A DNA stretch of 64,000 nucleotides, taken from Candidatus Nanopelagicales bacterium (lineage in GTDB: Bacteria > Actinomycetota > Actinomycetes > S36-B12). The position numbers and the translations under genes are program-made. The stretch is from positions 4,223 through 68,222 of the forward strand of contig JAFMDS010000003.1 of assembly GCA_017857175.1 (NCBI GenBank), in the 5' to 3' direction. The notes under the pieces are model-generated. The model was not told the DNA's origin, made no database searches, and saw nothing but the letters and a program-made list of their open reading frames with translations. Below, one piece after another: positions 18,997 to 29,783 of this stretch; position 1 is the first letter of the stretch, and every line of letters begins with the position of its first letter.

Positions 18997-21175
18997 TTTC
19001 TGAACCACCCTTCTTGTTAGCCTTTTCCTGCGAGAGCGAATTGGATTGTGTGGCTTTATGGATCCGACGCGTTATACCAACAACAACAAATATGACGATA
19101 GCAATAAATGCCGCCGCAATGACCCAGGCAGCAGCACGCGCGTATGCGGTCGATACAAGTTCAATTCGAGCAGGTGAGCCAAATGTTTCGCCACCAGGGG
19201 TGAGCAGTTGGACACCGGCAGGCAGGGTTTGTCCTCCAACGATGTCCACTTCAAGTTCAACACTTACCTTTTTCCCGGGGTCAATTGTTATGCCGTACAT
19301 CGGCTCACTCACCAGACGTGCACCCGGGTATCCGCGCAATTGGACACCAACCGTGACCGACCTGTCCAAGTCGTTTGCAATTGTCACTGGAACCAGACCA
19401 TTTTCTGCGGAGAGTGTGATGGTGCCTTCAGAGAGTGCGTACACCTTATTAATCTCTTGTCGCAGACCTGTTCGAATACTTGCCAACAACTCGGCACCAG
19501 TTTCAGGATCTTGGCGCCATGCTTCGGATTCGGTTCTCAAAATCGCTTCGGCATAGGCGTCGGTGAAACCTGTTGGGTTATCCAGAACATCTGTGAGCGC
19601 GGCCAATTGAATTGAGGCCTGCTTGACTTGATTTAAATAGTCCTCACTCAATTCAGAAGCTTTGGCTTTTTCTCCATAGCCGCCACGCTCTCGAATGGTG
19701 GACGTTGCTCCTTGCTTCAGGAGTTCACTGAGCGTGGCGCGTGCAAGCCACGGAGCAGTTCCTGTTGCACCCAAAAGGTCTCCGAGTGCGTCAGGTGATG
19801 GATTCCAGTACACATCGCGCGGTGCAGCAACGACGTAATTTGACTGCGCGTTCTCAGGAAGAAGCTGACTCATGATTGCAGTCTCTGATAGGAATCGCTG
19901 TCGCATCAGGATTCCTTGCGAGCGTGAATCTTGTTTGATTGCCAACGTGTCACTGAGCCCCGAATCGATCAGGACGGCATTCATTCCACCAAACGTTGTG
20001 CCGAGGACGCCCATGCCAAAACTTTCTACATCAGGATTAGTGGGGGGCAGGGCACGGCTACTGAGAATCACCGTGCGCATTCCAGAGGATGCGAGAACAT
20101 CGCTGGTTCTTTTACTGAGTCGGCCATCGGGAGCCCAATACACAGTTCCCGTGACGGGACTGCCAAGAATTGCACCGGCCATCACTGGCGCCATCGTGGT
20201 AGCACGCACAAGGTCAACATTCATCTCTGCACGTTGCAGTGCACTGGCATCGATGTTGGCATAGGAAACTACGCGCGCGGGAACTCGGTCAGAATCATCT
20301 TGAGCACGTGATGCAGTGAGGACGTCTGACACTCGAACCAACCAGTCTTGGGCACCCTGTGAGAGATCACCAACGTTCACCGTGTCACCCGAACGCACCT
20401 GGTAGCCAGAGGCGATCTCTTGGGCGCTCTGGAGTAGCGCAGGGTCGATGATCCAACTGACTTTTGCAGGATTTGCCGTACCAAGAGTGAGAAGCGAATC
20501 CAATCTCCCATCAGGCATGAGAGCTCGAGGGGTATTTTCGTTGAGTAGAACACCGTTGGCTTGGGTTGCTGGAGCACTCATCAGGGGCCATAGCCACACA
20601 AGCGAGATCTTGTCTGTCCCTGAACTCATCCATGGAATGAATGTGCGCAGACCACCTTGTCGCTGAGAGGAGAGATCAACACCTTTTTGCTTACCAAGAA
20701 CCTCGACCATGAGGGGGTAGACACCATCTTTGCCCAGTGGTAGCGAGACAAAGGGTTCGGACAGGGCGAAGGTCTTTTCCTCACCCGGCGCCATGGATTC
20801 GGTGACATCGACGCGAGTTCTGTTCAAAAAATAATCAATAGGTTCCGGGTCGGGGTTCAATTCGAGGGCTGACATTGAGGTTATGGCAGAACGTTTGGTC
20901 AAGGGAGATGCCGACACACCCAATCGAACCGAAACACCCTCAATCACTTCGCTGGACGTATTGACCAGCCTCCCAGAGATGCGCAAAGTCTCACCCCTGG
21001 CCGGAACAACGGGGGTGAAAGTGTCTAGAACAACGGTGATGGCTGAGCCCAAGGGGTCCGCGGAGGCCTTGGGTGCCTGGGGGATCCAGGCGGCGAGGGA
21101 AAGAAAGACCGAGCAAATGGTCAGACCCGTGATCCACAGGGACAAGGCACGGGCCTTGCTACGTGGAAACACCAT
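18989..21175 (-). CDS. Secreted membrane-anchored glycoprotein (DUF6049 / Rv3909-like)
   Basis: Signal peptide, WLWPL, DGRLDSLL, IDPALL, QRFLSET and PVTIANDL motifs, C-terminal TM helix; conserved upstream of murJ. Confidence 0.8.
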   Translation of the reverse strand: MVFPRSKARALSLWITGLTICSVFLSLAAWIPQAPKASADPLGSAITVVLDTFTPVVPARGETLRISGRLVNTSSEVIEGVSVRLGVSASPLTKRSAITSMSALELNPDPEPIDYFLNRTRVDVTESMAPGEEKTFALSEPFVSLPLGKDGVYPLMVEVLGKQKGVDLSSQRQGGLRTFIPWMSSGTDKISLVWLWPLMSAPATQANGVLLNENTPRALMPDGRLDSLLTLGTANPAKVSWIIDPALLQSAQEIASGYQVRSGDTVNVGDLSQGAQDWLVRVSDVLTASRAQDDSDRVPARVVSYANIDASALQRAEMNVDLVRATTMAPVMAGAILGSPVTGTVYWAPDGRLSKRTSDVLASSGMRTVILSSRALPPTNPDVESFGMGVLGTTFGGMNAVLIDSGLSDTLAIKQDSRSQGILMRQRFLSETAIMSQLLPENAQSNYVVAAPRDVYWNPSPDALGDLLGATGTAPWLARATLSELLKQGATSTIRERGGYGEKAKASELSEDYLNQVKQASIQLAALTDVLDNPTGFTDAYAEAILRTESEAWRQDPETGAELLASIRTGLRQEINKVYALSEGTITLSAENGLVPVTIANDLDRSVTVGVQLRGYPGARLVSEPMYGITIDPGKKVSVELEVDIVGGQTLPAGVQLLTPGGETFGSPARIELVSTAYARAAAWVIAAAFIAIVIFVVVGITRRIHKATQSNSLSQEKANKKGGSENV

Positions 21176-21216
21176 ATGGTGAGGATAAACGCAAGGGGTG
21201 GGTAACCTTGGCTGCC

Positions 21217-22653
21217 ATGTCCACTTCCCTGCAGCGCCAAGCGATCACGAGCCTGGCTCCGGTGGCTGGATTACTCACCGAATTAGGTGCCATTTTCAGC
21301 GCTGGCGGTTATGACCTTGCACTCGTCGGTGGTCCCGTGCGGGACGCATTTCTGGGTCGAGTGACCGATCTGTCTGATCTGGACTTCACCACGAATGCCC
21401 ATCCGGAGCAGATTCTGAATCTGCTCAAGGGTTGGGCGGAAAATACATGGGACACCGGAATCGCGTTTGGAACCATCAGCGCACTCAAGGATGACCGTCA
21501 AATTGAAATCACGACCTATCGCACAGAAAATTATGATCTGGACTCCCGCAAGCCGACGGTAGAGTTTGGCACCAACCTCGCTGAGGATCTAAGCCGTCGG
21601 GATTTCACCATTAATTCAATGGCACTAACTTTGCCAGACTTCGTATTCACGGATCTCTATGACGGTCTTGATGATCTCGCGGCGAAGAGAATTCGAACCC
21701 CGCTGAGTCCGCAGATCTCTTTTGACGATGACCCTTTGCGCATGATGCGGGCGGCACGCTTTGCGGGACAGCTGGGTTTTGAGGTTGTACCCGAAGTTGC
21801 GGCTGCAATTAAAGAGCAAGCTTCACGGATTGAAATAGTTTCAGCAGAAAGAATAAGAGATGAACTCATCAAAATAATTCTCTCTGATAATCCCAGGCTT
21901 GCACTAACGGTTCTTGTTGAAACTGGCCTTGCTGAGTATGTCTTACCCGAACTACCACTGCTGCAGTTGGAAGAGGACGAGCATCACCACCATAAAGATG
22001 TTTATGAGCACACACTGAAAGTTCTTGAGCAGGCGATCGAACTTGAAAAGTCACACGAACCACACATGGAGCGGGACTTAACCTTGCGTTTTGCCGCACT
22101 TTTGCACGATATCGGTAAACCGAAAACCCGAAAGTTTGAACCCGATGGTGGTGTGTCATTCCACCACCATGAGGTTGTTGGTGCTCGCATGACCAAGAAG
22201 CGCATGAAGGCTCTACGTTTTAGCAATGAACAAATTGACGATGTCTCACGACTAGTTGAATTGCATCTGCGTTTTCATGGGTATGGAACAGGTGAATGGT
22301 CTGATTCCGCTGTGCGTCGTTATGTCCGTGACGCGGGACCGTTGTTATCTCGTCTACACAAACTCACCAGGGCTGATTCAACGACCCGCAATAAGAATCG
22401 TGCGGCACGCCTGCAAATGGCCTACGACAGTTTGGAAAAACGGATTGAGGTTCTTGAGGAGCAAGAGGAACTCAATGCAATTCGCCCGGATCTTGATGGA
22501 CAACAAATCATGCAAATTCTAGGAATTAGTCCAGGCCGCGAGGTTGGTGAGGCTTATAAATACCTATTGGAACTTAGGCTTGATCGAGGACCACTATCTC
22601 CTCAACTTGCACAACAAGAACTTCTTGCCTGGTGGGCTGCACGCCAGCCCTGA
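21217..22653 (+). CDS. CCA tRNA nucleotidyltransferase with HD domain
   Basis: LVGGPVRD, DLDFTT, RRDFTINSMA, DDPLRMMRAARF and LLHDIGKP motifs. Start placed at MSTS (21217). Confidence 0.95.
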   Translation: MSTSLQRQAITSLAPVAGLLTELGAIFSAGGYDLALVGGPVRDAFLGRVTDLSDLDFTTNAHPEQILNLLKGWAENTWDTGIAFGTISALKDDRQIEITTYRTENYDLDSRKPTVEFGTNLAEDLSRRDFTINSMALTLPDFVFTDLYDGLDDLAAKRIRTPLSPQISFDDDPLRMMRAARFAGQLGFEVVPEVAAAIKEQASRIEIVSAERIRDELIKIILSDNPRLALTVLVETGLAEYVLPELPLLQLEEDEHHHHKDVYEHTLKVLEQAIELEKSHEPHMERDLTLRFAALLHDIGKPKTRKFEPDGGVSFHHHEVVGARMTKKRMKALRFSNEQIDDVSRLVELHLRFHGYGTGEWSDSAVRRYVRDAGPLLSRLHKLTRADSTTRNKNRAARLQMAYDSLEKRIEVLEEQEELNAIRPDLDGQQIMQILGISPGREVGEAYKYLLELRLDRGPLSPQLAQQELLAWWAARQP

Positions 22654-23851
22654 TAAGAATTTCTAGAACGGTCCACACTCCAGCGATCAATAATGTGTAC
22701 CAGAGACCGGACAAGCTGCCCAAATATGTGCCACTGAGAAGTGGGACCAGCCATACAATGATGACAGCCCAGCGGATCCATGGCGCATAAGGTCCTAGTT
22801 TTTCACCAGTATGAAGTCCAGTGCGCTCTGCAATTTCAAAAAGTCCGTTGGTGAATTGTCCACGGATGTACTGGGCAGAATGGGTATGGCCTGAGAGCCA
22901 ACCGCCGATGACAATGATGATGCCTAGGCCAAATAGCGCCCACAGCCCCGCCACCAGGTATGCCAGGAAGTTTTGATAGACCACTATTGACGCACCCTCG
23001 AAAATACTGCCTTCAAATTGGTTGGTAAAGACTTCTTCACCTGTGGTTACCAGTGCGTAAATCAACACGGCATTGACCATAACCGCGATGCCGGCAGCGA
23101 CACTTGTCCGAGCTCTGCGGCGAGCTAACAAAATCGAAATAATGAATAGCAAGGCAATGAATACGACGACCCAGTTCAAAGCTGGTGCAGAGAAGGAATA
23201 GACGGTGCGTGCTTGATCCAAAGCGGGAACGCTCATCAAAGTGAATTGCGCATCTGTTGCAGGAATTGAAACATTTTCAGCGAAACTTATTCCTTGCTCA
23301 ACGAGTTTCTGTTGTGCCAACTCAAGAAGGGGATCAAGGTTCAGAACTAAATTGTCACCTTGAATCTCAATGGGGCCACTGGGATCACCGGAGAGAACAG
23401 CAACGAGTCCCTTCTGCGCGGCAGTGTTGAGAGTTATCCATGCTTTTGAGAATGCATCAGATGTAATGATTGCGGTGACCGCGTTACCAATTAAAGAGTT
23501 GATTCCCGAGGCAATTGGTCCGGCTAATGCATCACCTAGGACTCCACCTCCGGGAAGAATTCCCCCGAGAAATTCACTGACAATTTCTTCTGTGTCAATG
23601 CGTTCAAGGATTGCGTCTGTGACAACTTCTGCCAGAGCTTCCTGGACTTCCGGGCTGTCCCCGATTGGACCGACGGTTTCGATATAGCGTTCTGCGTCTA
23701 GAACAGTGGAGTGAGCCCAGTGCCCGGCAACGGCCACTGGGGTCAAAATGGTGGCAATGACAAACACGATCACCGAAAAAATCGACTTGATCCTGATGCG
23801 ATCTCGTGTGACTGGGCTGCGCTGATAGGACTCCGTGGGACTCATTGCCAT
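22574..23851 (-). CDS. Hypothetical integral membrane protein
   Basis: 425-aa ORF with an N-terminal TM helix, a large soluble loop and several C-terminal TM helices; 10 nt downstream of the MFS gene. Confidence 0.8.
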   Translation of the reverse strand: MAMSPTESYQRSPVTRDRIRIKSIFSVIVFVIATILTPVAVAGHWAHSTVLDAERYIETVGPIGDSPEVQEALAEVVTDAILERIDTEEIVSEFLGGILPGGGVLGDALAGPIASGINSLIGNAVTAIITSDAFSKAWITLNTAAQKGLVAVLSGDPSGPIEIQGDNLVLNLDPLLELAQQKLVEQGISFAENVSIPATDAQFTLMSVPALDQARTVYSFSAPALNWVVVFIALLFIISILLARRRARTSVAAGIAVMVNAVLIYALVTTGEEVFTNQFEGSIFEGASIVVYQNFLAYLVAGLWALFGLGIIIVIGGWLSGHTHSAQYIRGQFTNGLFEIAERTGLHTGEKLGPYAPWIRWAVIIVWLVPLLSGTYLGSLSGLWYTLLIAGVWTVLEILIRAGVQPTRQEVLVVQVEEIVVLDQA

Positions 23852-23860
23852 GCGGAAACT

Positions 23861-25147
23861 CTATAGAACTAGTTTGGGGCGTGTGGCCTGGTACCAAAAA
23901 CTGGCCATTGCCAGACCTAATCCCACGAATACGTACAGCGCGGGGGCGATCCCACTCACGGGGGCCACGAAGGCAACCAGAACAATGCCGGAGACCAGTG
24001 AAATGTTCACACTCATGTCGAAAATTGCGAAAACTCGACCTAAACGGTCATCGGGGATACTTTCTTGGATTGCGGTGTCGGAGCACACTTTCACCGCTTG
24101 ACCAGCGAACCCTAGGCTGAATGCACTGAGAACGAGCGCGAAAAATACCTCACCGACAGCACCCCAAGCGAAAACCATCATGCCGAGGGCAGCTTGTGCA
24201 ACCGTGAGAGCTGACCACAGGGAGACGCCAATTCGACGGGTAATCCATGGTGTCGCAACCGCCGCGATCAATGCAGCGCTTGCAGCCGCCCCGGTGAGAA
24301 TGGCGAAATCGGCCAAAGCAGCATTTGCGTTGACAGAATCATGAAACGTGTTGCGGAGTAGAAGCAGTGCTCCCGCCGTGATCACACCAAATGAAATTCG
24401 ATTGATGGCAACGATCACGACAGCCCTACCTGCAACTCGGTGCGAGTTCAAGGCTTTAAGCCCATCAATCAAGTCGGCAGTGACACCTTTGAGAGTGTCC
24501 ACGAGTGCCAGTGATAGTGGGTGAGTTGGACCCAGTGCGGTTGGTTGCAGTGTTCGAGAAATGAGACCGGCAGAAACAAAGGCCCCAATGGAAAACAGGA
24601 GAAGTGCCACACTGCCTTGGTCGCCACCACCGAATAGCTCTCTGATGCCTAATCCCAATGTGGCGCCAAGAACGAATGCAATTGTTCCTGACGTTGGTGT
24701 CAATGCATTTGCTGTGATCAACTGCTTATCTGATGCCACATGCGGCAACGATGCCGAAAGACCTGCCAAGACAAAGCGCCCAACCCCGAGTACCGCAAGT
24801 ACAAAAATACCGAGAAGTATTGAATCTTGGCCAGCGAGGACAACCGCGATGACAGGAACGGTGAAAAGTCCTTTGAGGAGATTTGCTTTATAAAGAATGT
24901 TGCGTCGAGACCACCGGTCAAGAAAGACCCCAACAAAGGGTCCAATAATTGAGTAGGGCAACAAAAGAATGGAAAACGCAATTGCAATTGCTGCAGCGTT
25001 AGGTTCTCTCTCCGGTGAAAAAAGGACGAAGGAGGCGAGGGCTGCTTGAAATAGTCCATCACCGAATTGTCCGGCAATACGAATGCTGTAAAGGGCTCGA
25101 AAATTACGCTGGGCGAGCAGTGATCGAAAAATCGGTAGCGTCGCCAC
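23861..25147 (-). CDS. MFS transporter
   Basis: About 12 hydrophobic segments, motif A GVFLDRWSRR, LGRVFAIFD. Confidence 0.92.
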   Translation of the reverse strand: MATLPIFRSLLAQRNFRALYSIRIAGQFGDGLFQAALASFVLFSPEREPNAAAIAIAFSILLLPYSIIGPFVGVFLDRWSRRNILYKANLLKGLFTVPVIAVVLAGQDSILLGIFVLAVLGVGRFVLAGLSASLPHVASDKQLITANALTPTSGTIAFVLGATLGLGIRELFGGGDQGSVALLLFSIGAFVSAGLISRTLQPTALGPTHPLSLALVDTLKGVTADLIDGLKALNSHRVAGRAVVIVAINRISFGVITAGALLLLRNTFHDSVNANAALADFAILTGAAASAALIAAVATPWITRRIGVSLWSALTVAQAALGMMVFAWGAVGEVFFALVLSAFSLGFAGQAVKVCSDTAIQESIPDDRLGRVFAIFDMSVNISLVSGIVLVAFVAPVSGIAPALYVFVGLGLAMASFWYQATRPKLVL

Positions 25148-25175
25148 GGGGACGACGCTACCGATTCAGTCGTTT

Positions 25176-26285
25176 TTAACTTTCGATGGTCCCGGCAATA
25201 AAGTCCTCGACAGCCTGCTTTGCCTCAGAGTCGTTGTACTGAACAGGCGGAGACTTCATGAAATAGCTTGACGCAGAAAGAATCGGTCCACCGATTCCTC
25301 GATCTTTAGCTATTTTGGCCGCCCGTACCGCGTCAATGATGACGCCCGCACTGTTAGGGGAGTCCCATACTTCGAGTTTATATTCGAGGTTAAGGGGTAC
25401 GTCGCCAAAAGCCCGACCCTCAAGGCGTACGAATGCCCATTTACGGTCATCGAGCCAGGCCACATAGTCGGATGGACCAATGTGCACATTGTCCTTGCCC
25501 AGATCATGTGATAGCTGTGAGGTGACTGACTGTGTTTTGGAAATCTTTTTGGACTCCAGACGATCACGTTCCAACATGTTCATGAAGTCCATGTTGCCAC
25601 CAACATTGAGTTGGTAGGTACGGTCAACAATGACACCGCGGTCTTCAAAGAGTTTCGCGAGTACCCGGTGGGTAATGGTGGCCCCAACCTGACTCTTAAT
25701 GTCGTCTCCGACGATTGGTAGGCCGGCATCTTTGAACTTCTGCGCCCATTCAGGTGTGCCCGCAATGAATACTGGTAGCGCGTTGACAAATGCGCACCCG
25801 GCATCAATTGCGCACTGTGCATAAAACTTTGCAGCAGCTTCAGAGCCAACGGGTAGATAACACACAACGACATCGACTTTGTTGTCCTTGAGCAAGTTAA
25901 CGACATCAACTTCAGTGGCATCGGATTCCGTGATCATTTCCCGGTAATACTTGCCCAAACCATCAAGTGTTCGCCCACGTGAGACTTTAACGCCAGTTTC
26001 AGGGACATCACACAACTTAATGGTGTTGTTCTCTGAGGCACCGATGGCGTCAGCTAAATCGAGACCAACTTTCTTGGAATCCACATCAATGGCAACAACG
26101 AACTTGACATCACTGACATGGTAAGGACCGAACTGAACGTGCATGAGACCAGGAACAAATTCACCTGCCACCGCATTCTTGTAGTACTCAACACCTTGGA
26201 CGAGTGATGTTGCGCAGTTTCCAACACCGACGATTGCGACGCGAATTTCTCCGCCCTGTTGTCCCCCATCAGATTGCATACTCAT
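25176..26285 (-). CDS. ino1: myo-inositol-1-phosphate synthase
   Basis: [30 protein letters not shown] and WDSPNSAG motifs. Confidence 0.98.
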   Translation of the reverse strand: MSMQSDGGQQGGEIRVAIVGVGNCATSLVQGVEYYKNAVAGEFVPGLMHVQFGPYHVSDVKFVVAIDVDSKKVGLDLADAIGASENNTIKLCDVPETGVKVSRGRTLDGLGKYYREMITESDATEVDVVNLLKDNKVDVVVCYLPVGSEAAAKFYAQCAIDAGCAFVNALPVFIAGTPEWAQKFKDAGLPIVGDDIKSQVGATITHRVLAKLFEDRGVIVDRTYQLNVGGNMDFMNMLERDRLESKKISKTQSVTSQLSHDLGKDNVHIGPSDYVAWLDDRKWAFVRLEGRAFGDVPLNLEYKLEVWDSPNSAGVIIDAVRAAKIAKDRGIGGPILSASSYFMKSPPVQYNDSEAKQAVEDFIAGTIES

Positions 26286-26358
26286 TTATTGCCTTTCAGT
26301 TGTGGACCCTGTTGTAATGGATCCGTTTCATGTGAACTTCTCTTGTTGAGAAATTTCT

Positions 26359-26922
26359 TCAGTGAGACTTTCGTTCTTGATCAATTAGTTCAGTGAGCCA
26401 ACGAACTTCACGCTCTGCTCCGTCAAGTCCATGTTCCTGTAGTTGCAAGGTGTAGTTGTCAACACGTTGGGCACTGCGAGCTATCGAATCCCGGAGTGAG
26501 TCAACGCGTTCCTCCAACCGCGAGCGACGACCTTCGAGGATCCGGATCCTGGTGCGAGCTTCGGTTTTGGCAAAGAAGGCTAGGTGGGCGGCAAAACCCT
26601 CGTCCTCCCAGGCTTCAGGGCCTGGTTTATTTGCCCACTCATGGAAACGGTCCTTGCCGACTGCTGTGAGTGCATAAATAATTCGAGTGCGCTTGCCGGT
26701 GAGGGGTGGCGCAGTGGATTCTGTTGCGGGCGTGAGCGATACCTCTTCGATCAATCCCTGTGCGGTCATTCTTTTGAGCGCCGGATAGAGAGAGCCGTAG
26801 GACAGGGCGCGGAACGGGCCCAGCACGGTGGTGAGTTGTTTACGGAGTTCATAGCCATGAAGTTCCCCGTCATTGAGCACACCAAGGATGGCGAAGCTGA
26901 GAACATCGCGGCGACTACTCAT
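26359..26922 (-). CDS. PadR family transcriptional regulator (Rv0047c-like)
   Basis: LHGYELRK..SYGSLYPALKR winged HTH. True start is MSSRRD (26922), leaderless; upstream of ino1. Confidence 0.93.
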   Translation of the reverse strand: MSSRRDVLSFAILGVLNDGELHGYELRKQLTTVLGPFRALSYGSLYPALKRMTAQGLIEEVSLTPATESTAPPLTGKRTRIIYALTAVGKDRFHEWANKPGPEAWEDEGFAAHLAFFAKTEARTRIRILEGRRSRLEERVDSLRDSIARSAQRVDNYTLQLQEHGLDGAEREVRWLTELIDQERKSH

Positions 26923-26928
26923 AAATCT

Positions 26929-26949
26929 AATATATCGAATCGATATATT
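26929..26949. promoter_or_regulatory. Perfect 21-bp inverted repeat, probable PadR operator
   Basis: AATATATCGA-A-TCGATATATT, overlapping the TATATT -10 of padR. Confidence 0.8.
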
Positions 26950-26997
26950 GTGATGCACGAGGGTGAGTATTCCGAGAAAACAACTTAGACTCCAGCC

Positions 26998-27516
26998 ATG
27001 GCCCAGATACGCAGACCAGGTGTCAGTGGCCGAATCGCACGTGGCGAATCTGTGCAAAATCCCCCAAAACGGGGACCTCTTCCTCCACCAGAGCATGTAG
27101 ATGACCCCACAAAACCACGTTCTGTGGTGGATTACGGTCTCCAACGCAGCGCGGATGTCACCAGACTGCACCGAGGGGGGTTGCTGTCCAGTGACTTCTG
27201 CGACGCTGATCCGTATTTACTCAAAGCAGCCAAGTTCCACGGGGAAGATTGCCAACGAAAATGCCCGGCCTGCTCACGAGGTGGGTTGCGCGAACTCCGC
27301 TATGTCTATGGGGACGAGCTCGGCCCTTATGCCGGCAGAATCCGGAAAGCCGATGAGCTACCCCGAATGTGCTCAACTTTTGGGGAATTCAGAGTTTACG
27401 TGGTTGAAGTCTGCCTGGAATGCCATTGGAACTACATGATTAAGGCCTTCACACTAGGAGATGGAACTCCTCGGCGTGCCGTGCCGTCAATTAGGGCAGA
27501 TGATCTGTTGGACTAG
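26998..27516 (+). CDS. DUF5318 family protein (Rv0049-like)
   Basis: VVDYGLQR, CDADPYLLKAAKFHGE, CPAC and VYVVEVCLECHWN motifs; upstream of ponA. Confidence 0.88.
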   Translation: MAQIRRPGVSGRIARGESVQNPPKRGPLPPPEHVDDPTKPRSVVDYGLQRSADVTRLHRGGLLSSDFCDADPYLLKAAKFHGEDCQRKCPACSRGGLRELRYVYGDELGPYAGRIRKADELPRMCSTFGEFRVYVVEVCLECHWNYMIKAFTLGDGTPRRAVPSIRADDLLD

Positions 27517-27597
27517 GGGCACTAGCAATCCCTCACTAGCAAGAACCTCACGACATTACGACCACTCACCTTCCCCGAGTTCCGCGATTGGACACCT

Positions 27598-29775
27598 GTG
27601 AGCACCCCTCGCAAAAAGAGCACCAAAAGCGCACCTGCCAAAAATGCGCCAGCGCGAAAAAAGGCGAGCACGGCAAAGCCTGCCCTGTGGAGACGCGCAT
27701 GGGTGCGCAGGCTCCTGTGGCTCGCGTTACTCATCGGTGCGATAGCAACATCTGTTTTCGCTGTTGCACTCGCTCGCACGAATGTGCCCACACCAAATGA
27801 ACTCGCTACGAGTGAAGCCACGATTGTTTATTACGCAGACGGCAAAAACGAAGTCGGAAGACTCGGGGAGGCCACTCGCCGAAGCGTCACCCTCGACGAC
27901 ATTCCCGTCGATGTCCAACAAGCCGTGCTCGCAGCGGAAGATAGAGACTTTTACAACCACGGGGGAATATCACCCATTGGCATTGCGCGAGCGGCATTCA
28001 ACAATGTCACGGGCGGCAACACCCAAGGTGGTTCAACCATTACTCAGCAATACGCCAAGATCGCATACCTAAGTCAAGATCGAACTTGGACGAGAAAAAT
28101 CAACGAAGCCCTGCTGGCTTTCAAGTTGGAAACCGTAGTTTCAAAGGATCAAATCCTTGAGGACTACTTAAACACGATCTACTTCGGCAGAAATGCCAAC
28201 GGGATTGAAGCTGCATCCATCGCCTACTTTGGTAAAAATGTTAACGAATTGGATTTCACCGAAGGCGCCGTCCTTGCATCCGTGATCAAGTCACCATCAA
28301 CTTTTGCACTTGATGAAAACATCAAAGAACTCAGAGGACGCTGGAACTACGTTCTCGACTCGATGGTGGAAACCGGTGCAATATCGCAAAAACAGCGTGA
28401 CTCATCTGCATTCCCCGAGATCCTTCCCTTGAAGCAGGGCGATCGACTGGGTGGGCAGGTCGGATTCTTGTTAACCGCTGTAGAACAACAACTCCTCGCA
28501 CAAGGTTTCGATGAAGAGGAAATCCAGCGCGGAGGCCTCACAGTCATTTCTTCATTTGACAGGCGGGCACAGCGAGCGGCACAGCGAGCGGTCAAAAACA
28601 ACGGACCGGAATCGGGAACTGAGGGGTTGCGCATTGGTTTGGCCGCAGTGCGACCAGGTACAGGTGAGGTGCTTGCGATGTACGGCGGATCAGATTTCAT
28701 CCAAGACCAGATCAACAATGCAACCCGTCCATTTGCACAGGCTGGATCAACATTCAAACCGTTTGCGTTGGCAGCCGCACTTGAGCAAGGTATTCCCCTG
28801 CAATCATTGTGGAATGGTGACTCGCCATCCACGGTGAATGGCTACACATTCAGCAACTACGGTGACAATTCATATGGAACCGTCTCACTGCTTCAAGCAA
28901 CTGAACTCAGTATCAACTCCGCATATGTAGAACTCGAAGCCGATATTGGCGTGGGCAGCGTCGCCGAAGCGGCTTTGGGTGCTGGGATTCCAGCGGATAC
29001 GCCAGGCATGAATCTTGATTCACTCGATCTCACCTTTGTGTTAGGAACGGCATCGCCCTCAGGCCTTAACGTTGCAACCGCCTATGCGACATTCGCGGAT
29101 GGCGGCACTCGGACAGGCAACACTTTCATTACAAAGGTCACGGGATCGAATGGTGGTCTGCTGTATGAGTACGAAGCGGAGTCCACCCCAGTTTTTGATG
29201 CGGACATTGCAAACACTGTTAATTACGCGCTCCAAAAAGTTGTCACAGCGGGTACAGCCAAGTCTGCACAGGCATTGGGACGTCCTGCGGGGGCAAAGAC
29301 CGGAACAACCGACGACAACAAGAGTGCCTGGTTCGCCGGCTACACACCGCAAATTGCTGCCGCAGTCCTGATGGCGAAAGAGGATGCCGAGGGAATCCCC
29401 ATTTCCATGTCAGGCACGGGTGGCCTGCGCACCGTGACAGGTGGATCATTCCCTGCCGCAATCTGGACAGCCTTCATGAAAGACGCCCTCAAGAAAGAGC
29501 CCATTGTTGAATTTGAGGCACCCCCCAAGGACGCGACAGTGCCTTTGAAGTGCCCGGACTTCATTGATACCGATATTTCAAAGATTCCCTATGGCTGCCC
29601 GGTCCCCGATGTGCAGAATGAATTTGGCAACGAAACAATTGTGCAAGATCCGGTCGTTGTTCCCGAGGAATCCCCAACCGATGTTGTGACCCCCGAGCCA
29701 ACGGAAACGGCACCGGATAATGAGTTTGGTCCCGAACCCGAAGCCCCACCCATTGACGAAGGCCGACCAGAGTAA
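27598..29775 (+). CDS. ponA: Class A penicillin-binding protein (transglycosylase/transpeptidase)
   Basis: AAEDRDFY, GGSTITQQYAK and YLNTIYFG (TG); STFK, SIN and KTGT (TP). Confidence 0.95.
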   Translation: MSTPRKKSTKSAPAKNAPARKKASTAKPALWRRAWVRRLLWLALLIGAIATSVFAVALARTNVPTPNELATSEATIVYYADGKNEVGRLGEATRRSVTLDDIPVDVQQAVLAAEDRDFYNHGGISPIGIARAAFNNVTGGNTQGGSTITQQYAKIAYLSQDRTWTRKINEALLAFKLETVVSKDQILEDYLNTIYFGRNANGIEAASIAYFGKNVNELDFTEGAVLASVIKSPSTFALDENIKELRGRWNYVLDSMVETGAISQKQRDSSAFPEILPLKQGDRLGGQVGFLLTAVEQQLLAQGFDEEEIQRGGLTVISSFDRRAQRAAQRAVKNNGPESGTEGLRIGLAAVRPGTGEVLAMYGGSDFIQDQINNATRPFAQAGSTFKPFALAAALEQGIPLQSLWNGDSPSTVNGYTFSNYGDNSYGTVSLLQATELSINSAYVELEADIGVGSVAEAALGAGIPADTPGMNLDSLDLTFVLGTASPSGLNVATAYATFADGGTRTGNTFITKVTGSNGGLLYEYEAESTPVFDADIANTVNYALQKVVTAGTAKSAQALGRPAGAKTGTTDDNKSAWFAGYTPQIAAAVLMAKEDAEGIPISMSGTGGLRTVTGGSFPAAIWTAFMKDALKKEPIVEFEAPPKDATVPLKCPDFIDTDISKIPYGCPVPDVQNEFGNETIVQDPVVVPEESPTDVVTPEPTETAPDNEFGPEPEAPPIDEGRPE

Positions 29776-29783
29776 ACGCAATC

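Noticed and set aside
26923..27171. 83-aa N-terminal extension of PadR in the ORF track
   Set aside because: It overlaps the divergent DUF5318 gene; the leaderless start at 26922 fits the domain boundary.
27520..27542. CACTAGCAA direct repeat upstream of ponA
   Set aside because: Only two 9-bp copies and no supporting context.
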